Source: Myxococcota bacterium (GTDB taxonomy: Bacteria; Myxococcota_A; UBA9160; JAFDDA01). From it: a stretch of DNA of 64,000 nt. The position numbers and the translations under genes are program-made. The stretch spans positions 2,112,001 to 2,176,000 of the forward strand of contig OZ245817.1 of the NCBI GenBank assembly GCA_965228475.1, read 5' to 3'. Under the pieces are notes generated by a model that worked only from the letters and a program-made list of their open reading frames with translations, was not told the DNA's origin and searched no databases. This document shows, in pieces, positions 19,888 to 27,463 of the stretch. Within the stretch, counting starts at the first letter, position 1. Each line of letters opens with the position of its first letter.

Positions 19888-20183
19888 CAATTCCGGGGCG
19901 GCTCCCGTCCGCCGCGTGTGACATCTCTGAAACTTGTGCCTGAACAAGCTCGGAACCACAAGGTTTTCCGACCCGAAGTCCGTTTCTGCAGCTATCGTCG
20001 CCCGCGGTGAACGGAGTTCGAAGAAAGCGCGCAACCTTCTCCCTCCCGAAGCCCACTCACTCCTTGGACCCTGGAGTGATCCTCGTCACCGCTTGGCGGA
20101 GTCGCTCGACCTAAACCTAGACGCACCGCGTCGCTCAGCGGCCCTCGCCGGAGCGGCGCCCTTCGCGGAAGAAGACGTTGTCC

Positions 20184-21584
20184 ATGCTGAAGTCCCATGC
20201 CCGCCAGCTCCACACGCTGATCCTTTCGGCCGACCTTCTCCTCTCGGCCGCGGTCTTCGTGGGAGCCCTCTCGCTCTTCGGTGCCCTCGACATCGACGAA
20301 GGGTCGGCCCTCAGTCTGATCGGGCTCGGCGCGGTCTCCTGTTTCGCCTGGCCGATCACCCTCGATCAGCTCGAACTCTACGGCTCCCAGCGTCGGAGCG
20401 ATTGGATCTCGCGCGCGGCCGGGCTCGTGCTCGCCGCGTGCGTCGTGACGGGGCTGACGCTCTCCACCTGGATGCTGCTCCGGCCGCCGGTGCCGTACTC
20501 GCTGCCGCTGCTTTGCGGCGCCGCCCAGCTCGCACTGCTCGGCAGCGTGCGCTTCCTGATCTGGGGCGGGCTCTGGGCGATGCGCCGGCGGGGCCGCAAC
20601 TACCGCAACGTGCTGATCTTCGGCACGGGGGAGCGCGCGGCGCAGGTCGGGGCCGAGATCGAGGCGAACCCCGGCTGGGGCCTGCGCGTGGTCGCCTTCG
20701 TCGACGACCGCGACACGCCGGTCGACGAGCGCGTCCCCACCGACCGCGTCCACAAGCTCTGGGACCTCGAAGACCTGCTGCGCGACCACGTGATCGACGA
20801 GGCGCTGCTCGCCTGCCCGCGCAGCATGATGGGCTCGATCGCACCGGCCGTGGCGATCCTCTCGGAGGCCGGCGTCCCGGTGACGCTGCTCTCGGATCTG
20901 TTCGGCGACATGGTGCCGCCGCCGCGCGTCACCCGCTTCGGCTCGATGGCCGCACTCTCCTTCGCGCCGGTCCACCACAGCAAGATGAAGCTCGCCCTGA
21001 AGCGCGGTGGCGACCTCGTCGCGACGACGCTGCTCTCGGTGGTGGCGCTCCCGATCGTCGGCCTCGCGGCGCTCGCGATCAAGCTGACCTCGCCCGGGCC
21101 GGTCTTCTTCCGCCAGGTCCGCAGCGGACTGAACGGTCACACCTTCGAGATGTTCAAGCTGCGCACGATGTACGTCGACGCCGAGGCCCGGAAGGCCGAC
21201 CTGCTCGAGCTGAACGAGATGGACGGCCCCGTCTTCAAGATCAAGAACGATCCGCGCATCACGCCGGTCGGCGGGTTCCTGCGCCGCTTCAGCATCGACG
21301 AGCTGCCGCAGCTCTGGAACGTCCTGCGCGGCGACATGAGCATCGTGGGCCCGCGGCCGCCGCTTCCGAGCGAGGTGAGCCAGTACCGCAACCGGGACCG
21401 ACGGCGCCTCTCCATGCGGCCGGGCCTGACCTGTCTGTGGCAGGTGAGCGGGCGCAACACGATCGGCTTCGACGATTGGGTCCAGCTCGACCTCGAGTAC
21501 ATCGACCGCTGGAACCTGGGCTCCGACGCCAAGATCCTGCTCAAGACGCCCGCCGCGGTCTTCCGCGCGAAGGGCGCGAGCTAG
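20184..21584 (+). CDS. Polyprenyl-phosphate sugar phosphotransferase (priming glycosyltransferase, WcaJ/EpsZ-like)
   Basis: 4-5 TM; FKLRTM, DPRITPVG, SIDELPQLWNVLRGDMSIVGPRP, RPGLTCLWQVSGR. Confidence 0.93.
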   Translation: MLKSHARQLHTLILSADLLLSAAVFVGALSLFGALDIDEGSALSLIGLGAVSCFAWPITLDQLELYGSQRRSDWISRAAGLVLAACVVTGLTLSTWMLLRPPVPYSLPLLCGAAQLALLGSVRFLIWGGLWAMRRRGRNYRNVLIFGTGERAAQVGAEIEANPGWGLRVVAFVDDRDTPVDERVPTDRVHKLWDLEDLLRDHVIDEALLACPRSMMGSIAPAVAILSEAGVPVTLLSDLFGDMVPPPRVTRFGSMAALSFAPVHHSKMKLALKRGGDLVATTLLSVVALPIVGLAALAIKLTSPGPVFFRQVRSGLNGHTFEMFKLRTMYVDAEARKADLLELNEMDGPVFKIKNDPRITPVGGFLRRFSIDELPQLWNVLRGDMSIVGPRPPLPSEVSQYRNRDRRRLSMRPGLTCLWQVSGRNTIGFDDWVQLDLEYIDRWNLGSDAKILLKTPAAVFRAKGAS

Positions 21585-21604
21585 GCCCGGATCCCGCGGC
21601 CCGC

Positions 21605-22129
21605 CTAGCGGGCCTCTCGCGAAACCAGACGGCCGGGCACGCCCACCACGACTCCCCCCGAAGGCACGTCCTCGAGGACGACGGCGTTGGCGCCGATCTT
21701 CGCGTGGGCGCCCACGCGGATGCCGCCCAGGATCTTCGCCCCGGCGCCCACGTCCACGTGTCCCTCGAGGACCGGGCAGCCCGGGCGCGGGCCCTCGCCG
21801 ACGGTGACCTGTTGGAAGAGCAGGCAGTTGGGACCGATCCGGGCGCGGGGATGGATCACGACCCCGTTCGGGTGCGGCAGGAGCAGGCCGCCTTCGATCT
21901 GGCAGTCGAGGGGAACGTCCGCGCCCGAGACCGCGGACCAGAAGCGGTGCGAAACCACGGCCAGGCGCGCGCGAAGCCCGCGGCTCGCCTGGTAGCGGCG
22001 CAGGGCGCCCAGCAGCTGACGGCCGGGTTCCCACTGCCAGCGATTCGCGAGCGCCTCGCGGGACCAGTCCGGGTCGACCGCGGAGATCGTCTCCTGTGCG
22101 GCCTCGTAGGCTGTTTCGCCGGATGCCAT
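21605..22129 (-). CDS. Serine O-acetyltransferase-like hexapeptide-repeat acetyltransferase (WcaB-like)
   Basis: LPHPNGVVIH, IGPNCLLFQQVT, VGAGAKILG, IGANAVV, VGVPGR. Confidence 0.85.
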   Translation of the reverse strand: MASGETAYEAAQETISAVDPDWSREALANRWQWEPGRQLLGALRRYQASRGLRARLAVVSHRFWSAVSGADVPLDCQIEGGLLLPHPNGVVIHPRARIGPNCLLFQQVTVGEGPRPGCPVLEGHVDVGAGAKILGGIRVGAHAKIGANAVVLEDVPSGGVVVGVPGRLVSREAR

Positions 22130-22241
22130 CGGCCGAGTGTAGTGGATCGGCGTTCGGGCTCACGGCGGCGTGGGCCGCCCGGGAGTCTCCTCCCGGACGG
22201 CCGGTGCCCGAGCCCCCATGATTGGCAACCGGAGAAAGCGT

Positions 22242-22706
22242 TCAGAGCACGATCGTCTGGGTCGACAGCGGCGACTCGCCGGCCTCGTTGTACAGGCTGG
22301 CCTTGAACTCGCCGTTGCCGCTGAAGCGCACGAACCAGAGCGAGAGCTCGGGGACCTCGCCGCTGCGGTCGATCTGCGCCGAGAGCGTCACGCCGAGCGT
22401 GTTGCCCGACGGATCGATCAGCTCGTACTCGAGGAACTCGGTGCCGTTCTCCTCGACGGTATCCGTGAACCGGATCTCCGAGAGCGGCTCGAACTCCCCG
22501 GTGACCTCGGACTTGCGCCACATCCAGATGCCGCCGATCGGACCGTCGTCCAGGGCGGGGACCTGCATGCGGAGCACCTTCACGTGCTCGGGAATGATCT
22601 GTTGCGTGACGAGATTCGGATCGACGGGGCCGCAGGCCACGGTGCCGAGAAGCAGCGTGGTCGCGAGCATCACCGCCGGGGTGGCGAAGCGGTGCGAACG
22701 TGACAT
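22242..22706 (-). CDS. Hypothetical lipoprotein
   Basis: Signal peptide with LLLGTVAC lipobox; GGAG RBS upstream. Confidence 0.65.
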   Translation of the reverse strand: MSRSHRFATPAVMLATTLLLGTVACGPVDPNLVTQQIIPEHVKVLRMQVPALDDGPIGGIWMWRKSEVTGEFEPLSEIRFTDTVEENGTEFLEYELIDPSGNTLGVTLSAQIDRSGEVPELSLWFVRFSGNGEFKASLYNEAGESPLSTQTIVL

Positions 22707-22844
22707 CGGAACTCCCTCCGCGAGTCCGGCTCCGAAGAGCCCCTCGCTGGGAATGCCGATCGGCCCTGGGCGGGCGCCCGGTTGTAAGGGGGATCACGAA
22801 TCGTTGGGATTTCTAGACGAAACCGGCGGAGGGCTTCGAGAGGC

Positions 22845-23609
22845 CTAGCCCTGGGGGCTCTCGGGGGCCTCCTGCGGCCAATGGCTGCCGAGCAGGACGT
22901 CGAGGTCGCCCCCGAACTCGACGAGCCGGCTGCGGCCCGCCAGGCGCTCCTCCTCCCCGGAGAGGGGCGTGGAGATGCGGACCACCGCCCCGTCGGCGCG
23001 GTCGTGGCGCAGGCGGCCGAGGAACCGGTCCCAGGTCTGATCGACCGCGTCGAGCATGCCGGTGCTGCGGTGGGAGCGGTACCAGAAGTGGACGAGGGCG
23101 AGGCTGCCGTTCTTCTCGACGAGCATCTCGTGCGCACGCAGCCCGCGCTCGGCGTCGACGGTCACGGTCTGCGTTTCCGTGATGGCCCAGCCGGCGTTCG
23201 GGTAGCAGACCCAGGGCGTGTGTTCGGGGCGGCCACCCCGATCGGTCCCGTAGTAGCCGACGTACACGCCGATGCGTACGCCGAGCGGGTGGACGTAGGC
23301 GCGCTGGAGGTTGTGGTCGGCGCGCAGGATCGCTTCGACTTCGGAGTCGAGGGGGATGTCGAGCGCATCCCATTCCCCGATCCGCGCGGGGACGCCGTCG
23401 AGGGGCGTCGCGTCGACGGCCAGGGGCTCGCGGAGCTGGAAGGACCAGGCCAGCGCGCCGACGGCGAGGAGCACGGTCGTGAGCACGGCGATCTGCAGGC
23501 GCTCGGCGCGTTTGCGCCGGGCGGCCTCGGCACTCGGCACGTCGGCCGGTGCGGCTTCGGCGGGGGGCCGCGTGGCTTCGGGCGGACTGGGGTCGGGGGC
23601 TTCGCTCAC
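22845..23609 (-). CDS. epsI: EpsI family exosortase-associated protein
   Basis: TM then VPARIGEW, ILRADH..RAY, YVGYY, HTPWVCYPNAGW, HFWY, DGAVVRIST. Confidence 0.85.
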   Translation of the reverse strand: MSEAPDPSPPEATRPPAEAAPADVPSAEAARRKRAERLQIAVLTTVLLAVGALAWSFQLREPLAVDATPLDGVPARIGEWDALDIPLDSEVEAILRADHNLQRAYVHPLGVRIGVYVGYYGTDRGGRPEHTPWVCYPNAGWAITETQTVTVDAERGLRAHEMLVEKNGSLALVHFWYRSHRSTGMLDAVDQTWDRFLGRLRHDRADGAVVRISTPLSGEEERLAGRSRLVEFGGDLDVLLGSHWPQEAPESPQG

Positions 23610-24490
23610 GGCGGGGACGAGGGTAGCGGGGCCTTCGGCTTCGCGGAGAGCGAGAACGCGAGAAGCGCCATCGTCGCGGTGAGTGCCCAGGGCGCGACGT
23701 CGAGGAAGAACCGCACGTCGAGGGGCGCGCTCATGCCGAGCAAGCCGCCGGCGAGGGCGATGGCGAGGATCTCGAGCGGTGCAAACAGCAGGCTCGCCGC
23801 GAGTGCGCGCAGGAGGGTCGTGAGGACCGGCCAGCCCCAGCGCAGCCCCGCATACCAGCCGAGCCCGAAGAGCAGGACGGCCACCGAGAGGCCGCCGTCC
23901 CGGTCGAAGAGCCCTAGGGTCTCGGCGCCGACGTGGAGCGTGGTCTCGTAGCGGTCGGCCTCGACCAGGGCCGGGAAGCCCGCCGCGCGCAGGACCCGTG
24001 CCGCAACTCCGGCGAAGGCCGCCTCGAGCCCGGGCGACCCGAGCGACACCAAAGCGTGGGGAACCGGCACAAACCCGAACAGCAGGAGTCCCGTCCGGAG
24101 GCGCGGGCGGCCGGTGAGCTGCGACACGCCGAGCGCGGCGACCGGCAGCAGGAGCCGCGCAGCCCGGGTGAAGCCGCCGGCGACGAGCAGGAGCTCCGCC
24201 GCGAGCGCGACGCCGAGCAGAAGCCAGCCGAGGCCCGGGCGGCGCGGGCCGGGAGCCTCGCGCAGGAGTTCCCGGGCGAAGAGCGGAATGAAGACGAGGC
24301 AGTAAGCTGCCCAGGGCCGCTCAACGAGATGTCTCGCGAGGTCGATGAGAACCGGGGAAAATGCCGCAAGAAGAAGCGACCAGCAGAGCCACTCCGGGGG
24401 AGCGGGAAGCGTCGACCCCGGGCCCGGCGCGGACGGAGCGGGGAATCGAGGCCCCGAGTCCGGAGCCGGGCGAGCGGGACCCTGCGGCAT
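23606..24490 (-). CDS. Exosortase-like membrane protein lacking catalytic residues
   Basis: ATG 24490. Segments parallel the neighbouring exosortase (AAFSPVL, FVPVP, AARVLRAAGFP) but has DRDGGL where ACSG is expected. Confidence 0.6.
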   Translation of the reverse strand: MPQGPARPAPDSGPRFPAPSAPGPGSTLPAPPEWLCWSLLLAAFSPVLIDLARHLVERPWAAYCLVFIPLFARELLREAPGPRRPGLGWLLLGVALAAELLLVAGGFTRAARLLLPVAALGVSQLTGRPRLRTGLLLFGFVPVPHALVSLGSPGLEAAFAGVAARVLRAAGFPALVEADRYETTLHVGAETLGLFDRDGGLSVAVLLFGLGWYAGLRWGWPVLTTLLRALAASLLFAPLEILAIALAGGLLGMSAPLDVRFFLDVAPWALTATMALLAFSLSAKPKAPLPSSPP

Positions 24491-25356
24491 CGTCCGGGCT
24501 GGATAGCGGTTCGCTCGGGGGGAGGGAAGGGCCGTCGTCCGCCTTCGACGCGCTGCTGCTCGGCGCCGTGCTGCTCGTGTTCTCGCCGGCTTTCCTGGCC
24601 ATGGCCGAGGTCTGGGAGGTCGTCGACTACCAGGCGCACGGCTTCCTCGTCGGTCCGGTCGCGGCGGCGATGGCATGGTCACGCCGGGAGTCCTTCGCGG
24701 CGGCGAGTGCGCCGGGCGCGGGGCTCGGCCTCGTCCTGCTCGTGGCCGCGCTGCTCGCCTACGTCGCGGGGGTGATGGCGGAGGTGCTCTCGCTGCAGGG
24801 CGTGGCGCTGCCCCTCGCGCTCACCGGGCTCGTTCTCTGGCGGCGCGGCGGTGCCGCGTTGCGCGTGCTGGCGTTCCCGATCGCGTATCTGCTCTTCATG
24901 GTCCCCGTCCCGCCCCAGTGGCTGACGCCCCTCGTGACCAAGCTCCAGGCCTTCGTGACGAACGCCGCGATGACGGTGCTGCGCCCCCTCGACGTTCCGG
25001 TGCTGCAGGAAGGCAACGTGCTGGTCCTGCCCGAGGGCTCGCTGTTCGTGGCCGAGGCCTGCAGCGGGATCACCTCCATCGTCACGCTCCTGCCCGTGGC
25101 GGCCCTCCTGATCTTCCTGGCGCCGACGACCCGGCGGCAGTCGATCGGTCTGCTGCTCGCCGTCGTCCCGATCGCGATGTTCTGGAACCTGGTGCGGGTG
25201 CTCGTCACGGTCGCCGCCACGCGCCAGGTCGGCGTCGTCCAGGCGACGAGCGGTTCTCTCCACGATACGGCGGGAATGCTCACGTTCGTGGCGGGTTGCG
25301 TGACGCTTCTGCTCGTTTCCTTCCGGTTCGAGCCGCCGGAGCCTGCGCGCGCCTGA
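24361..25356 (+). CDS. Exosortase (XrtA/EpsH family); start uncertain
   Basis: YQAHGFLV, FPIAYLLFMVPVP, EGNVL, VAEACSGI (Cys), NLVR (Arg), LHDTAG (His). Confidence 0.9.
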   Translation: MPQEEATSRATPGEREASTPGPARTERGIEAPSPEPGERDPAASSGLDSGSLGGREGPSSAFDALLLGAVLLVFSPAFLAMAEVWEVVDYQAHGFLVGPVAAAMAWSRRESFAAASAPGAGLGLVLLVAALLAYVAGVMAEVLSLQGVALPLALTGLVLWRRGGAALRVLAFPIAYLLFMVPVPPQWLTPLVTKLQAFVTNAAMTVLRPLDVPVLQEGNVLVLPEGSLFVAEACSGITSIVTLLPVAALLIFLAPTTRRQSIGLLLAVVPIAMFWNLVRVLVTVAATRQVGVVQATSGSLHDTAGMLTFVAGCVTLLLVSFRFEPPEPARA

Positions 25357-25470
25357 GCGGCGAGCGCGCGTGACCCAGGTCACCGATCCCATTCGGCCTT
25401 TCCGAGTAACCTCGTCCTGCGACGGGGGCACTCACCGTCGAACGCCGCCGAACCCGGCCGAGGATTTTCC

Positions 25471-26151
25471 ATGCTGAAGCGCACCCACCGAACGCTCTCC
25501 CTGCTTTCCGCTCTCGCCGTCGGACTGTTGCTCGGCGCCACCGCCCAGGCGGCGCCCATCGCCGACGTCCTCTCGGGGACCGACGGCAACTTCCGCTTCT
25601 CTGTCGTGCACACGTCGACGGGCTGCAGCGATGGACAGTGCGGCTCGATCCTCGGCGAAGTCAGCCTCGGAGCTGGCGGTGGCAACTGGCTCTCGGACGG
25701 CACGAACGCCTTCCTCGACCTCGAACTCGACGTGAACGTCGGCGGCTCGATCTCGACCTACAACGCCAAGGGCGCCTTCAGCGAGACCGCGCTCACCGAC
25801 TTCGGCACCCAGGCCGACGTGCTGCTCGGTTCCCTCGACGTCACGCTGCTCTCCGGCGCCGACGACGCCGGCCTCGACGGCCTGACCTTCCTCTTCGAAG
25901 ATCGGAACTACTCGACGGCGGCCAACCCGCCGAACGGCCTGACCGGCAACATGCTGACGCTCTGGGGCGCCACGGCCTACACCGGAACGCCGACCCTCGG
26001 CTCCGCCCTCGACCTCGTGCCCGGTGGCATCGGCATCGACCTGCGCGTCGAGATCGGCCCGCCGATCCCGGAGCCCTCGGCCAAGCCGCTCTTCCTGGCC
26101 GGCATCGCGGTGGTGGCCTTCGGCGCCTCGCGCATGCGGCGCAGCGCCTAG
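25471..26151 (+). CDS. PEP-CTERM sorting domain protein
   Basis: Signal peptide (AQA-AP); C-terminal IPEPS + hydrophobic helix + RMRR; directly after the exosortase. Confidence 0.9.
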   Translation: MLKRTHRTLSLLSALAVGLLLGATAQAAPIADVLSGTDGNFRFSVVHTSTGCSDGQCGSILGEVSLGAGGGNWLSDGTNAFLDLELDVNVGGSISTYNAKGAFSETALTDFGTQADVLLGSLDVTLLSGADDAGLDGLTFLFEDRNYSTAANPPNGLTGNMLTLWGATAYTGTPTLGSALDLVPGGIGIDLRVEIGPPIPEPSAKPLFLAGIAVVAFGASRMRRSA

Positions 26152-26178
26152 CTCGCATCGGAACGGTTCTCTCCTCGG

Positions 26179-26206
26179 CGGGGGTCGCGGGTTGCCGCGG
26201 CCCCCG
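26179..26206. terminator. GC-rich hairpin between convergent genes
   Basis: CGGGGGTCGCGG-GTTG-CCGCGGCCCCCG; no U-tract. Confidence 0.4.
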
Positions 26207-26238
26207 TCCTCGTTCGGGCAGCGTTCCGTGGCCGGGCG

Positions 26239-27381
26239 CTAGAGCGCCGCGAGCAGCCCGTCGATCTCGCCCTCGTCGTTGTAGAAGTGGGGCGATGCGC
26301 GGGCGCAGCCGCGCCGTGCGGCGAGCAGGAAACCCTCGCTGCGGAGCCGCCCGACGGTCCGCTTCGGCGCTTCGCCCGGCAGCTCGAAGGCCACGATCCC
26401 CGAAGCCTCCGCCCCGCGCGGGCTCACGACCCGGGCGCCCCGTTCCCGAAGGCCCTCGACGAGCCGCTCGGTGAGCGAGAGCACCCGCTCGGCGATCGCC
26501 TCGACCCCGAGTTCGAGCGTCAGGTCGATCGCGCCTCCGAGGGCGAAGATGCCGGGCGTGTTCGGGCTGCCCTCCTCGTAGCGCACCGCCGTCGCGGCCA
26601 GCTCGGTCTGGTAGGTGTCGAAGTCGTGGTTGTCGGCGACGCTGCGCCAGCCCACGACGCGCGGGACGAGCCGATCCTGGAGGGCTTCGGCGCAGTAGAA
26701 GATCCCGCAGCCCTCGATCGAGCAGAGCCACTTGTGGCCGTCCGCCGCGAGGAAGTCGATGCCGAGGGCGCCGACGTCGAGGGGCAGGCAGCCGACGCTC
26801 TGGATGGCGTCGACGCAGAAGAGTACGCCGCGCTCCCGGCACATCGCGGCGAGGGCGGCGAGATCGTTCCGCGCGCCCGAGCCGAACTCGACCGAGGAGA
26901 GCGCGAGCAGCCGCACGCGCGGCCCGGCGAGCGCCTGCTCGACGGTCTCGAGGGGGAGGCGCCCGTCCCGCCCCGGCAGCATCACGGTCTCGACGCCGCG
27001 GTCGCGAAGCGCCCACCAGGGGTAGACGTTCGAGGGGTATTCGAGGTCGCAGGCGAGGATCTGGTCGCCCGCCTGCCAGTCGAGCCCCTGGGCGACCAGG
27101 CCGAGGCCCTCGGTGGTGTTCTTCACGAAGGCGACCTCTTCCGGGCGCGCGCCGATCAGGGTCGCGGCGCGGCCGCGGACGCGCTCGATCTCGGCATCGT
27201 AGAAGGCGTCGTAGCGGAGCGCGCCGCGGGCGGTGGCCTCGGCGGCGTAGCGGGCCATGGCTTCCGCCGCGCGCGTGGAGATCGGCGCCACCGCAGCGTG
27301 GTTCAGGTAGACGATCTCGTTGCAGACCGGGAAGAAGGCGCGCGTCCGCGCCCACTGCTCCGGGGAGCGGCGGCTCGTCAT
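26239..27381 (-). CDS. Class V PLP aminotransferase (cysteine desulfurase-like)
   Basis: YLNHAA, NTTEG, VDAIQSVG, DGHKWL, RASPHFYN. Confidence 0.9.
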   Translation of the reverse strand: MTSRRSPEQWARTRAFFPVCNEIVYLNHAAVAPISTRAAEAMARYAAEATARGALRYDAFYDAEIERVRGRAATLIGARPEEVAFVKNTTEGLGLVAQGLDWQAGDQILACDLEYPSNVYPWWALRDRGVETVMLPGRDGRLPLETVEQALAGPRVRLLALSSVEFGSGARNDLAALAAMCRERGVLFCVDAIQSVGCLPLDVGALGIDFLAADGHKWLCSIEGCGIFYCAEALQDRLVPRVVGWRSVADNHDFDTYQTELAATAVRYEEGSPNTPGIFALGGAIDLTLELGVEAIAERVLSLTERLVEGLRERGARVVSPRGAEASGIVAFELPGEAPKRTVGRLRSEGFLLAARRGCARASPHFYNDEGEIDGLLAAL

Positions 27382-27463
27382 CGTCGAAGCCGGAGCGGCA
27401 CGGGTTCTCCTTCGCCGGCGATCGGCGCTCGCGCCCTAGGATGGTCCTTCGGAGCCGTCGCGG

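Noticed and set aside
19917..19932. CRP/FNR-like site TGTGA-N6-TGAAA upstream of the priming glycosyltransferase
   Set aside because: The second half-site is a poor match; could be chance.
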